A DNA stretch of 64,000 nucleotides from NCBI GenBank assembly GCA_003851245.1, contig BHEP01000002.1, positions 7,403 through 71,402 on the forward strand. The letters are read 5' to 3'. Positions 9,866-19,779 of the stretch are shown here, piece after piece. Under the pieces are notes generated by a model. The model made no database searches. It had not been told where the DNA came from and saw only the letters and a program-made list of their open reading frames with translations. Both the position numbers and the translations under genes were made by a program. How positions within the stretch are numbered: the first letter of the stretch is position 1; every line of letters begins with the position of its first letter. Source of the DNA: Bacteroidales bacterium (GTDB lineage Bacteria > Bacteroidota > Bacteroidia > Bacteroidales > Azobacteroidaceae).

Positions 9866-11014
9866 ATGAAATTACTAATATGCGTACTCACTTTTATATT
9901 GTTTTCTCTTTTACCCCTCAGTGTCTCCAGCGCCTCAGCCCACAGGTATTTTATGCAGCCTAAAGATCTTACCTGCCCGATGAAGCGGGTAGCCCATTGG
10001 CAAATGGAGCATTTCACCTACAGAACAGAAGGCAATCTGCACGACTATGGTCTAGGCGCATGGACAAATAGCGTACTCTACCTAGGCATGCTGGAGTGGG
10101 CCGAGATAGCAGACGAGCCTGAACCATATCTCACTTGGTTGATGAACCTAGGCGAAGAAACCGAGTGGCGCATCCCCGCCAACTTTGCCAACAGTCCCCG
10201 CTATTCCTATTACCATGCCGACGAGCTATGCGTCGGGCAGTTCTACTTGGAGATGTCTACTATATATAAGGACAGCAACATGCGCAGTGCCGCACAGCAA
10301 AGGGTCGATTGGATTATGGAAAACCCTGCCGACAGCAGCATGCACCACCGCAACAAACAGTCGTGGACCTGGTGCGATGCCCTCTTTATGGCGCCACCCC
10401 TCTATGCACACCTTGGGCAACTCACTGGAAACCCTGCCTACCTGGTATATATGCACCAAAACTTCCTGCGCACATATGTCCACCTTTACGACAGGGACGA
10501 TCATCTCTTTTTCCGCGACGACAGCTACCTAGACAAGCGTGAGGTCAACGGCGAGAAGGTATTCTGGGGTCGGGGCAATGCTTGGGCCTTGGCCGGCATC
10601 GCTAATATTCTAAAACGCCTGCCGCCCGAATCGGATATTAGACCCTTCTACGAGAAGCTTTTCGTAGAACTCGCCACCCGCTTGTCTCAATTGCAAAGCA
10701 ATGACGGGTTCTGGCACGCCAGCTTGCTAGACCCCGACAGCTACCCTTCGCCAGAGACAAGCGCCACAGCCCTGATAACCTATGGACTGGCCTACGGAAT
10801 CAACAACAACCTGCTGAATGCCTCTACCTACCGCCCTGTAGTGCAAAAAGCGTGGGAAGCCATGGTCTCCGCAATAGACGAGGACGGAAAGATAGGCTGG
10901 GTGCAACCCATCGGTGCCGATCCCAAGAAGGTAAGCAGAGACATGACAGCCGTATACGGTGCGGGAGCGTTTTTGTTGGCGGGCGCAGAAATATTGAAAC
11001 TAACTAAGCCATAA
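9866..11014 (+). CDS. Glycoside hydrolase family 88/105 (PF07470-type unsaturated uronyl hydrolase; likely GH105 unsaturated rhamnogalacturonyl hydrolase)
   Basis: 382 aa with a signal peptide. It has an (alpha/alpha)6-type motif WGRGNAWALAGIANIL plus WTWCDALFMAPP and FWHASLLDP, as in YteR/UGL-like enzymes. Confidence 0.8.
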   Translation: MKLLICVLTFILFSLLPLSVSSASAHRYFMQPKDLTCPMKRVAHWQMEHFTYRTEGNLHDYGLGAWTNSVLYLGMLEWAEIADEPEPYLTWLMNLGEETEWRIPANFANSPRYSYYHADELCVGQFYLEMSTIYKDSNMRSAAQQRVDWIMENPADSSMHHRNKQSWTWCDALFMAPPLYAHLGQLTGNPAYLVYMHQNFLRTYVHLYDRDDHLFFRDDSYLDKREVNGEKVFWGRGNAWALAGIANILKRLPPESDIRPFYEKLFVELATRLSQLQSNDGFWHASLLDPDSYPSPETSATALITYGLAYGINNNLLNASTYRPVVQKAWEAMVSAIDEDGKIGWVQPIGADPKKVSRDMTAVYGAGAFLLAGAEILKLTKP

Positions 11015-11019
11015 AAAAT

Positions 11020-13149
11020 ATGAATAAAAGTAGGATAAAAAGAGTGCTCACCGCTGTTGTGATAATTGCACTGCTCTGCCCCTTTGCCATGGCTAGGGAG
11101 GTAACGACATTTAACGACGGATGGAGCTTCAAGAAAGGCCCCTTCGCGCAAGACCCTACCTTGTTTGCCGCAAGCTTTGGCGATAAGTGGCAAGAGGTGA
11201 GTATCCCCCACACGTGGAATGCCACCGATATGCAGAACGATAAGGATAACTTTTACGCGGGCGAGGCGTACTACAAAAAAACGTATATGCCCGATGCTTC
11301 GCTGAAAGGTCAGCGAGTGTTTTTGCGCTTCGAGGGCGTGGCATCCGTAGCCGAGGTGTACGTAAATAGCGTATATGCTGGCAACCACAAAGGTGCCTAT
11401 TCGGCATTCGTTATAGAGATAAGCAAGTTGCTTAAGTACGGCGAGCCTAACGAGATATTGGTTAAAGCCGACAATTCCTCCCGACCAGACGTGATACCCA
11501 TAAACCACAGACTCTTTGGGGTGTATGGCGGCATGTATCGCCCAGTAGAATTGATAGTCACAAACAACATACATATAGCAGTAAGCGATTTCGCCTCCCC
11601 AGGCATGTACGTCAGTCAGAAAAGAGTAAGCCACAAGCAGGCCGATGTGCATCTAAACATCAAACTGGAGAACAAGAATAAAACGGCGGCTGACGTGCAG
11701 CTCGTAACCACGATTTATGAAACGGATGGTCGCACGAAAGCTCGGAAAGAGAACACCGTAACCGTGTTGCCTCAGGGGCGTAAGTTTTTCGGACAGGAGT
11801 TCGTGATTAAGAACCCGCACTTGTGGCAGGGACTTGAGGATCCTTACTTATATAAGGTAGTAACACAGGTGGTGGTGGCTGGCAAGGTGATTGATGAGGT
11901 GGTGCAGCCACTCGGCCTCCGCCATTTCGAGCTTAAGGCTGCCGATGGCATGTATCTCAATGGAAAGAAGGTGCCGATGTATGGCACCTGCCGCCACCAA
12001 GATTGGTGGCAGCTGGGCAGTGCGTTAAGCAATAAGGATCACGAAACAGACTTGAATATGATAAAGGAGATGGGGGCAACCACCATCCGTTTTGCGCATT
12101 ATCAGCAGGCTGAATATATATATGCCAAGTGCGATAGCATCGGGTTCATGGTGTGGGCAGAGATTCCTTTTGTGAATAGGGTAAGTACATGGGAGGGAGA
12201 GAATGCCAAGCAGCAGCTGGTAGAATTGATTCGGCAGAATTACAACCACCCGTCAATTTATATCTGGGGCTTGCACAACGAGGTATATACGCCTTATGGA
12301 TACACAGTGGCGCTAACGGAGGAATTGAATGACATAGCCAAGTCGGAAGATCCAGATCGGTATACGGTGTCGGTGAACGGGCACTCGCAGGTAGACCAAG
12401 CATCGAATCTCAACGCGGATATTCAGGGAATTAACCACTACTTTGGCTGGTATGGCGGGAAGATAGGTGATGTAGAGAAATGGGTAAGTGGGATGGAGAA
12501 GAACTTCCCAGAGCATAAAGTTATCTTTTCGGAGTATGGTGCTGAGGCGAATATCAACCAACAGGAGGAGAATGTTGGGGAGGTGGGTCGATACTTCTCA
12601 CAGTTTTATCCGGAGACATTTTCTACTAGGTTTCATGAAACTCAGTGGAGTGTGATTGCAAAGCATCCCTACCTGATGGCCTCGTATATATGGAACACCT
12701 TCGATTTTGCTACGCCTGCCACTACGCAGGGGGGCGTGGAGGCGCGTAACATGAAGGGGCTGGTTACCTTTGACCGAAAGACGAGGAAGGATCCGTTTTA
12801 CTGGTACAAGGCCAATTGGAGCAAGGATCCGGTGCTGCATATCACGCAGCGAAGGGCTACAGAAAGGGAGAATGAGGTGACGGATGTTGCCGTTTATTCC
12901 AATGCTGGTGCCCCGCAATTGTTTGTTAATGGGGTAGAAATGAAAAGCATATCGACGGGGATGACCGCCGTTCACTATATTTTTAGTAATATTGAGCTCA
13001 ATGTGGGAGAGAATGTGATTGAAGCCCAAGTGAGCAGAGACGGGAAGGTACTCAAAGATAAAATAGTATGGAATTATTCGCCCGATAATAAGGCTCGAAA
13101 CGCCTTGGCATCACCAAAGGAAAAAACAAAAGAGCACATCGGACTATAA
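11020..13149 (+). CDS. Glycoside hydrolase family 2 (beta-galactosidase/beta-glucuronidase-like)
   Basis: 709 aa with a signal peptide. It has the GH2 sugar-binding N-domain (VSIPHTWN...RVFLRFEGVASVAEVYVN). The TIM barrel carries an acid/base motif NHPSIYIWGLHNEV and a nucleophile region VIFSEYGAE. Confidence 0.88.
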   Translation: MNKSRIKRVLTAVVIIALLCPFAMAREVTTFNDGWSFKKGPFAQDPTLFAASFGDKWQEVSIPHTWNATDMQNDKDNFYAGEAYYKKTYMPDASLKGQRVFLRFEGVASVAEVYVNSVYAGNHKGAYSAFVIEISKLLKYGEPNEILVKADNSSRPDVIPINHRLFGVYGGMYRPVELIVTNNIHIAVSDFASPGMYVSQKRVSHKQADVHLNIKLENKNKTAADVQLVTTIYETDGRTKARKENTVTVLPQGRKFFGQEFVIKNPHLWQGLEDPYLYKVVTQVVVAGKVIDEVVQPLGLRHFELKAADGMYLNGKKVPMYGTCRHQDWWQLGSALSNKDHETDLNMIKEMGATTIRFAHYQQAEYIYAKCDSIGFMVWAEIPFVNRVSTWEGENAKQQLVELIRQNYNHPSIYIWGLHNEVYTPYGYTVALTEELNDIAKSEDPDRYTVSVNGHSQVDQASNLNADIQGINHYFGWYGGKIGDVEKWVSGMEKNFPEHKVIFSEYGAEANINQQEENVGEVGRYFSQFYPETFSTRFHETQWSVIAKHPYLMASYIWNTFDFATPATTQGGVEARNMKGLVTFDRKTRKDPFYWYKANWSKDPVLHITQRRATERENEVTDVAVYSNAGAPQLFVNGVEMKSISTGMTAVHYIFSNIELNVGENVIEAQVSRDGKVLKDKIVWNYSPDNKARNALASPKEKTKEHIGL

Positions 13150-13262
13150 CAAATAACTACATGATGAAAAGAGTTTTTATTCGTACTCATAGTACTGTGC
13201 GGAATGTTGCAATCCAAAATGAAGCTTGCTAATGAAATAATGAAATCAGGCACATTCATTCG

Positions 13263-16200
13263 CTACTCCTTCTTCTTGATATATTCGGTGGGGCTCATTC
13301 CTATTTCTTTTTTGAACATGGTACTAAAGTATCGGGGGTCGCTGAAGCCTAGTTCGTATGCCACGTTTGAGACATTCATTTTTCTTTCCGTAAGGAGTTT
13401 GCATGCAATTTTGAACTTTAGGTTGCGTATAAATTCGTTGGGCGACATGTTGGTAAGGAATTTTATTTTTCGGTACATTGTAGACTGACTCATATTCATT
13501 TCCTGACAAAAAGCGTCTGTACTAAAGTTAGGCTTACCTACATTTTCTTCTACAATTTTTGCCGCTTTGCTTAGAAACTCCTCGTCAATACTGGTGTATG
13601 AGATATTTGAAAGTAGCACATCGCTTCTTTGCTTGAATACTTCGGCGGCTTTCCGTCTATTCTTAACAAGGCTTTTAATATTGGCTATAAGCGATTTAAT
13701 ATCAAAAGGTTTGTTGAGGTATACATCAGCTCCAGCCTCGAAGCCCTGCAGTTTTGTGGCATCGTCTTTCTTTGCTGTAAGCAATATGATGGGTATGTGC
13801 GACCATAGGATCCCTGTTTTCATTGTTTTGCATAGCTCGAGTCCATCCATCTCCGGCATCACTAGGTCGCTGACCATAATATCGATGGCATATTTTTCGA
13901 GCATCTCTAAGGCTATTTTGCCATTATTTGCTGAGTAGACCTTGAAATATCTGCTCAAGGTTTTGTTCATTACCGAGAGAAGGTCAGGATTGTCTTCTAC
14001 GATTAATACGAGAATATCATTGTTGACATACTCACTTTCTTGTTCCTCAGAATGATTTGCAGGCTTTGTATTTTCGATTTCCTCAAGCCCCTGTTCGTCA
14101 ATCTCTTCTCTTGCGTATGCTTCCTTATCTATGGGCAAGGAGACTGTAAATTCCGTACCCTTGCCTACTTCGCTTTTTACCCATATGCTGCCATGGTGTA
14201 GTTTTGTCAGATCTCTGGTCAGCGACAATCCTATGCCGGTGCCCGTTGTTTTGAAACGTCGGTAATTGCCTTCGTAAAACCGTTTGAATAGGTCAGGGAT
14301 GGCTTCACTGTCAATGCCCTCTCCGCTGTCCTTGACTTTGATAAGGGCAGAGTTTATGCCTTCTACACTTATTATTTCTACGGATACTTCCACGCTTCCA
14401 CCTTCAGTATTGTATTTGAAGGCATTGGAAAGGAGGTTGAACATAATTTTGTCGACCTTGTCAGGATCGAAATACGCAAGGATGGAACTTTCTGGAGAAT
14501 AAAAGTTTAGTACAATATTTTTTCCTTTTACCAGGGGCGCGAAATTGACATCACATATTTCTTTAATAAAACTCAGCAAATCGTCGGGTAAGACTTTCAG
14601 TTTGAGGTTGCCACTTTCGGCCTTTCTAAATTCGAGTACTTGTTGTAGCAATCGCATCAAGCGGTTTAGGTTTAGGCGCATGGTGCTTAAAATTTCTTTG
14701 TCGTTGGGATAAAGCAGTGCCAGGTCGTCGATGGAGCAGGACAAAACGGTGATGGGGGTGAAAAGTTCGTGCGAGATATTGGTAAAGAATTGTAATTTTG
14801 CTTGGTTCACCTCTTCCGAATTGACTCGCTCCATTTGTTCGATCATAAGTTCTCTTTTGAGCCTCTGGCGAATGATAAAAAAACGGAGTCCCGCCCAAAG
14901 AAGCAAACAAAGAAGAAGTCCATAGGCAGTGTATGCCCACGAGCTTTCCCAAGGAGCTGGTAGGCGTACAATCTTTAAGCTTGTCGTATTTTCACTCCAG
15001 AAGCCATTCTCATTGTAGGCTTTGACCACAAATTTATATTTTCCCTTACTTAGATTGTTGTAAACGGCATATCTTTTGTCGGCATCTGTATATACCCAGT
15101 CTTGATCTATGCCTTCCAATTTGTAGGCATATTTGTTAGACAGTGGATTTTCAAATGTAAGGGAAGCAAATTCAATTCTCAGATTATTGTCGAGATAATT
15201 GAGTTCCAATTTCTTCAAATACGAAGGTATTATGTTTGTAGTCTCGGTATTTGACACAATGATATTTGTAATGATTGGGGCAGGAGAGAACTTGTTTTCA
15301 CTAAACTCACTGGGCGAAAACCATACAAGACCATTGTTGCCACCAAAGAATATTTCATTTTTCTTATTTTTTATAGAGGCGTTAATATTGAAAACGGAAA
15401 GGTTTAGTCCGTCCTTGGAAGCGTGTCTTTTTACCTGACGTTCCAAAGGCAATCCTGCATTGTAGCACACCAATCCTTTGCCTGTAGCAATCCACAAATT
15501 GCCTTCGCTGTCTTCTTCGATGCTAGAAATAGCATACTCGGGCATCAGGTGCATGTTTGAGATAAGTGTAAATTTGTTTTCTGTAGCATCATACCAATTG
15601 AGTTCTCCGGCTTGTGTACCTACCCATATTTTCCCTCTATGATCTTGAAAAATACAGGTAATATCGTTGTTGCTTATCTTGTTATTTTCGGTACTATATT
15701 TTTGAATATCTTTGACAAGGGAAGACGACTCAAAGGCAACTTTAAATAGGCCAGACTGTAAGGTGCCTATCCATAAGTTATTGGACTTATCCACCAGTAG
15801 TGTTCTTATATTGTTGTTGGATATTACCTTATCTATTTCACTGTTTGTAAGCGCCTTTAGTTGTGCGATAGAGTTGGGAGCAATCACATTAAGTCCTGCA
15901 ATGGTTCCTACCCATATATTGCCAAACTTATCCTCTGCGAGTTTATGGATGTTTTGGGATTTTGTTTGTTCAACTTTTCTTGAAGATATCATCTTATCGT
16001 TTTTCATTTCCACCACATAGACACCTCCATATCTTGTTCCCAGCCAAATTTGCTCTTTTTGGCTATGCTTTCTTATGTCTATAATGGCATTTATTTCATC
16101 AGTGATATTTTTTAGCTCGGGGTAGTCGGAGTGTTTCGTTAGTTTATTGTTGGTCCTATCAAAGAAGTATAATCCCAGGCTTCTTATTCCTAGCCATAGT

Positions 16201-17327
16201 ATTTCTTTTTGATCCTGATAAATTGAGAGAATACTTGGCGTTTCTCCTTTGTCTTTTATTTGTGGAAAATAATATTGCGAGAACTTATTTTTGTTGAGGT
16301 TGGTATAACTTAGGCCACTTCCCAGAGTAGCAAACCAAAGCATGCCCGTTCTATCTTTTAGCATGGCAGGAATTTCTTCAGCATGAATATTCTCCGTATT
16401 TTGTTGGTTATACACTTTAAAAGATAGGGGATTTTCAGTATCGGTGAGCACATTGATTCCATTGGAAGTTGCTGCCCAAATATATCCGTTGATGTCGTCT
16501 TGCAAAATACCATATATAATGGGCGACGAAATGCTACCGATTTCTTTTGACGAAGCGTAAATGGTTTCAGAAACATTGGTGCTTAAAGGATTTTTCAGGC
16601 GGTGCAATCCATCTTCGTCCCAGGTAGAAAACCAGATATTCTTTTTGCTGTCTTCGAGAAAACAAGTAATGGACATCTTTTTTCCTTTAATGATTTGTGG
16701 AAACAGGCTGAGTTCGTTGTTAACAATATTCAGGGCGCAAAATCCAGTATGCCACATGCCTATCCAAAGCATCTCTTGGCTATCAATGTAGAGACTCTGG
16801 ATGTAATTGCCAGGGATTTTTTGCCCCTTGTTGTCTTCGGTAATAATTATGAAGCTATCTTGTTGAGCATCCAATTTATGTACACCTTTGTCGCTGGCCA
16901 AGAAAACAATATTTCCGTTGGAAATGGCAATAGAATTGATAATTCCACACTTAAGTTGTTCCAAGTTGTATTGCTTAATCGCTCCTGTTTTTAGATCAAA
17001 GACATTCAGTCCCGAACTGGTGCCTATCCATAGTTTTTCATTATTGTCTTTTGCCAAGCATCTGATAGAGTTTCCCGTAAAAAAATGTGGATTTTTGAAG
17101 TTTGATTTGTAGGTTTTAAATTCGTAACCATCATATCTACAGAGTCCATTGTTGGTTCCCATCCAAATGAAGCCTTGCTTGTCTTGTATCATACACGTGA
17201 CCTCATTGGAGTTCAAGCCATCTTGAGTTCCTAATGACAAGAAGTATGGTTTGTGCTTATTCTCTTGGGCGATTGTTGCGACCAAACAAGTCAAAAGAAA
17301 AACTAAAGAAATTACTTTTTTATGCAT
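13263..17327 (-). CDS. Hybrid two-component system sensor kinase/response regulator with AraC-type HTH (HTCS), divergent from PUL-2
   Basis: It has periplasmic propeller/Y_Y_Y repeats, a TM segment, the H-box FFTNISHELFTPITVL and G-boxes DSGEGI / GTGIGLSLTRDL. The receiver reads VLIVEDNPDLL...DIMVSDLVMPEMDG, and the AraC HTH reads ELGFSDPRYFSTMFKKEIGMSPTEY. The track start 17351 is probably too long; ATG at 17327 (MHKKVISLVFLL...) gives a normal signal anchor. Confidence 0.93.
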   Translation of the reverse strand: MHKKVISLVFLLTCLVATIAQENKHKPYFLSLGTQDGLNSNEVTCMIQDKQGFIWMGTNNGLCRYDGYEFKTYKSNFKNPHFFTGNSIRCLAKDNNEKLWIGTSSGLNVFDLKTGAIKQYNLEQLKCGIINSIAISNGNIVFLASDKGVHKLDAQQDSFIIITEDNKGQKIPGNYIQSLYIDSQEMLWIGMWHTGFCALNIVNNELSLFPQIIKGKKMSITCFLEDSKKNIWFSTWDEDGLHRLKNPLSTNVSETIYASSKEIGSISSPIIYGILQDDINGYIWAATSNGINVLTDTENPLSFKVYNQQNTENIHAEEIPAMLKDRTGMLWFATLGSGLSYTNLNKNKFSQYYFPQIKDKGETPSILSIYQDQKEILWLGIRSLGLYFFDRTNNKLTKHSDYPELKNITDEINAIIDIRKHSQKEQIWLGTRYGGVYVVEMKNDKMISSRKVEQTKSQNIHKLAEDKFGNIWVGTIAGLNVIAPNSIAQLKALTNSEIDKVISNNNIRTLLVDKSNNLWIGTLQSGLFKVAFESSSLVKDIQKYSTENNKISNNDITCIFQDHRGKIWVGTQAGELNWYDATENKFTLISNMHLMPEYAISSIEEDSEGNLWIATGKGLVCYNAGLPLERQVKRHASKDGLNLSVFNINASIKNKKNEIFFGGNNGLVWFSPSEFSENKFSPAPIITNIIVSNTETTNIIPSYLKKLELNYLDNNLRIEFASLTFENPLSNKYAYKLEGIDQDWVYTDADKRYAVYNNLSKGKYKFVVKAYNENGFWSENTTSLKIVRLPAPWESSWAYTAYGLLLCLLLWAGLRFFIIRQRLKRELMIEQMERVNSEEVNQAKLQFFTNISHELFTPITVLSCSIDDLALLYPNDKEILSTMRLNLNRLMRLLQQVLEFRKAESGNLKLKVLPDDLLSFIKEICDVNFAPLVKGKNIVLNFYSPESSILAYFDPDKVDKIMFNLLSNAFKYNTEGGSVEVSVEIISVEGINSALIKVKDSGEGIDSEAIPDLFKRFYEGNYRRFKTTGTGIGLSLTRDLTKLHHGSIWVKSEVGKGTEFTVSLPIDKEAYAREEIDEQGLEEIENTKPANHSEEQESEYVNNDILVLIVEDNPDLLSVMNKTLSRYFKVYSANNGKIALEMLEKYAIDIMVSDLVMPEMDGLELCKTMKTGILWSHIPIILLTAKKDDATKLQGFEAGADVYLNKPFDIKSLIANIKSLVKNRRKAAEVFKQRSDVLLSNISYTSIDEEFLSKAAKIVEENVGKPNFSTDAFCQEMNMSQSTMYRKIKFLTNMSPNEFIRNLKFKIACKLLTERKMNVSNVAYELGFSDPRYFSTMFKKEIGMSPTEYIKKKE

Positions 17328-17799
17328 ACATACTATCCTTAGATATCCCAAGCATTAGGATCGTCAAATTGCTTGGCCGCTTGGCCGGTAAAACGGCTGG
17401 ACTCATTGGTGAACAGATTAAAAACTGTGCTCGATTGGCTCTTTCTATACATGAGGTGGTGTGTATTATTTAATGGCATAAAGATACGTAAAATAACCCA
17501 AAATAACCTAAAAATAGAACTAATTCAATGGATATTAATCAATTAATTTCACTTCGGATTCAGTCTTGCAAATTAACTTAAGTTTAGATGCATAATTAGC
17601 TGCTAAACGGTATATATTGATGCTGCATGCCAAAGTATGGGAAGGAAGTCAATAATTGCGGAGCTTTAGCTTCTGAATTGTACTGTAACTGCCCCTATTC
17701 CTCTAAAACATGTTATTAAACATATTTTAATGCTTATTGTGACTAAAAAACACCCCTCTTTTGCCTGAAATTAACATACTGAAAGGAAGTTACTCTCTC

Positions 17800-17807
17800 T
17801 ACCTTTG
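17800..17807 (+). promoter_or_regulatory. Candidate -7 box for the first PUL-2 gene
   Basis: TACCTTTG lies 77 nt upstream of ATG 17884. Confidence 0.35.
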
Positions 17808-17883
17808 TATTCAAGATATGGCAACATATCGGCGCAATGAAATAACATCTTATTATTATTATTAACAAAGTAATTAAATTATT

Positions 17884-19287
17884 ATGAAACTATTTTTTAC
17901 AACAGTATTATTGGCATCTAGTTTTGCCTTTGCAGCTAATGCTCAAATGCTGGCAAGTTTTGAAGATGAAGCTGCAGACCAATTGATTTTAAATGTGGAT
18001 TTTTGGTATGATGATGGTCCGTTTATTGAGGGTGGCAAGCCAGCAATTATGTCTAATCCTTCAAAAAGCGGATTGAATACCTCCGATAAATGTATTGGCG
18101 CAATCAATGTAGCCGATGCTGACTGGTGGGGCAATTTCATGGGGATGAAACTTAAGAGTCCTATTATTATTACAGAAGACAATCGCTATGTAAAATTTTT
18201 GGCTTACCGCTCCATACAGCCCAAGGCTTTCCGCCTAGGAGTGGGAGGTTCTGGAGAGGTAGATAAAGCCCGTGAAAATTCTATTTATGAAAACAAGTTG
18301 GCAAAAGACGGAGAGTGGGTAGGCGTGGTTGCCGATCTGGGACTCAAATATATGGGGAAGGAAATTGAATACTTTTCCATTATCTTGAGTTGCAATTGGG
18401 ACGATCCAAGAGAAGGATGGGGAGTTGCCAGTTATTATTTCGATAATTTTGAATTTTCTGACAAGCCACTTCCCCCAGGAGTAGAAGCGGTAGATGGCAC
18501 TGGCTTGGAGATTGGTTTTGAAAGCCAAGCCCAAATGGACCAGTGGGTAAGCAGTATCGATCTGCTTAATGAAAATAATACAGCAGAGATTATTGACAAC
18601 CCTTTTGCAACAAGTGAAATAAATGCCGATGGAAAGGTCGTTAAATTCAATAAATCGGAAGAAGCTTCTTGGTGGCAGGGTTACCGCATGGATTTTCAGG
18701 GAACTATGAAAGTCGGAGAGGATATGCCCAGCTTTGTACACATGATGGTAAATATTCCTGCTGATGCATTTACCGACGATATGATAAGCCTAGATGTTCA
18801 ACTATGCGCAAAAGACCACATGGGCAATGAAAACATTGAAGTCTTCACAATATGGGACAACGAGGTAGATATTTGGACAGATTTGGTGATGGAGTTAAAC
18901 AAAATTACTTACCTCAAAGAACTGACTGTTCGTTTTGATATTAGAAAAGATGATGACGATGAATATATCAACTCTCCAGCCAATATATTTTATCTTGATG
19001 CAATTGCATTTGACAAGAATGGAGAACAAAGAACGAAAATCACTACGGGAATCCTTAACAATAGCAAACAGACTGATTTTGCGCGTGTTACTGGACTTGA
19101 AAATGGATTTCAAGTGCAGGCCGAAAATGCTCTTAAAGTTCAGTTGTTTAACACCGTAGGAACTCAGATGCTTACTCAAAACCTATCGGCGGGATCAAAC
19201 TTTGTGCCTGTACAAAAAGGACTATACATCCTGCGCCTACAAGACAGTAAGGGAAATAGTGCCTCGCATAAGGTATTGGTAAAATAA
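17884..19287 (+). CDS. T9SS-sorted secreted protein with two tandem CBM-like beta-sandwich modules (function unknown)
   Basis: 467 aa with a signal peptide (SSFAFAANA|Q). There is an internal duplication: ...SFEDEA...NPSKSGLNTSDKC...WWGNF...YYFDNFEFSD versus ...GFESQA...NPFATSEINADGK...WWQGY...IFYLDAIAFD. The C-terminal ~80 aa match the type-A Por/T9SS sorting domain pattern (KVQLFNTVGTQML...GLYILRLQD...SHKVLVK). Confidence 0.8.
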   Translation: MKLFFTTVLLASSFAFAANAQMLASFEDEAADQLILNVDFWYDDGPFIEGGKPAIMSNPSKSGLNTSDKCIGAINVADADWWGNFMGMKLKSPIIITEDNRYVKFLAYRSIQPKAFRLGVGGSGEVDKARENSIYENKLAKDGEWVGVVADLGLKYMGKEIEYFSIILSCNWDDPREGWGVASYYFDNFEFSDKPLPPGVEAVDGTGLEIGFESQAQMDQWVSSIDLLNENNTAEIIDNPFATSEINADGKVVKFNKSEEASWWQGYRMDFQGTMKVGEDMPSFVHMMVNIPADAFTDDMISLDVQLCAKDHMGNENIEVFTIWDNEVDIWTDLVMELNKITYLKELTVRFDIRKDDDDEYINSPANIFYLDAIAFDKNGEQRTKITTGILNNSKQTDFARVTGLENGFQVQAENALKVQLFNTVGTQMLTQNLSAGSNFVPVQKGLYILRLQDSKGNSASHKVLVK

Positions 19288-19293
19288 TTTGTC

Positions 19294-19328
19294 AATGAAA
19301 GGAGGTGCTTGAAACCCCTCCTTTCATT
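19294..19328 (+). terminator. 12-bp hairpin immediately after the T9SS-protein gene
   Basis: AATGAAAGGAGG (19294-19305) pairs with CCTCCTTTCATT (19317-19328). There is no U-tract. It overlaps the listed ORF start at 19305, which argues for the downstream ATG at 19353. Confidence 0.45.
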
Positions 19329-19352
19329 CTATACTTTAAAATATTTTGGAAA

Positions 19353-19769
19353 ATGATTAGAATTAAAAAAATAACAAGCCTTCTAATAATTCTTTGTGTG
19401 GGTTTATTTGTTGCTTGTAGCAGCAATGATGAAGACAAGGTAGAGGATAGGCTTGTAGGCACCTGGGAAATACAATCTTTGCTGACAAACGAAGAAAATA
19501 GCCCCATTTCATCGGTAGATGACCTTATCCAGTTTCAGGCCATCAAAATCTACCAAAGCTATAAAACGGCAGAAACGAAGAAACAAAGAGGAGGTTGGAG
19601 CTACACTGGCAATATGCTCAATATTTCATTAGACCTTCCTGCTGCCTACTACCTGCTCAAAGTCGATGCCAATGAATTGACATTAAAGCGATTGGATTTT
19701 AAAGCGGACGGTTCTTTGCAAAGCCAAATTCGCCAATACAAACGGGTAGAAGACAGTAGAATAAAATAA
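19353..19769 (+). CDS. Small lipocalin-like lipoprotein
   Basis: The start is corrected to MIRIKKITSLLIILCVGLFVAC|SS (lipobox). The motif LVGTWEIQ follows the lipobox, and VDANELTLKR lies near the C-terminus. It is a paralog of the next gene. Confidence 0.7.
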   Translation: MIRIKKITSLLIILCVGLFVACSSNDEDKVEDRLVGTWEIQSLLTNEENSPISSVDDLIQFQAIKIYQSYKTAETKKQRGGWSYTGNMLNISLDLPAAYYLLKVDANELTLKRLDFKADGSLQSQIRQYKRVEDSRIK

Positions 19770-19779
19770 AAATGCACTT

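Noticed and set aside
10828-11652. A 274-aa minus-strand ORF. Other long antisense ORFs include 1885-2535, 8313-8819, 18235-18741, 24332-24880, 43662-44084, 52476-53090 and 59077-59487.
   Set aside because: All lie entirely antisense to long, motif-rich genes (GH2, SusC, HTCS, fumarase and others). They have no recognisable motifs and odd, Cys/His/Arg-rich composition. They are best explained as shadow ORFs of the sense-strand codon bias.
17489-17515. The direct repeat AAAATAACCC/AAAATAACCT in the HTCS/PUL-2 divergent region, considered as a possible regulator binding site.
   Set aside because: It is only two short AT-rich copies and could easily occur by chance. No matching copies were noticed upstream of other PUL-2 genes.
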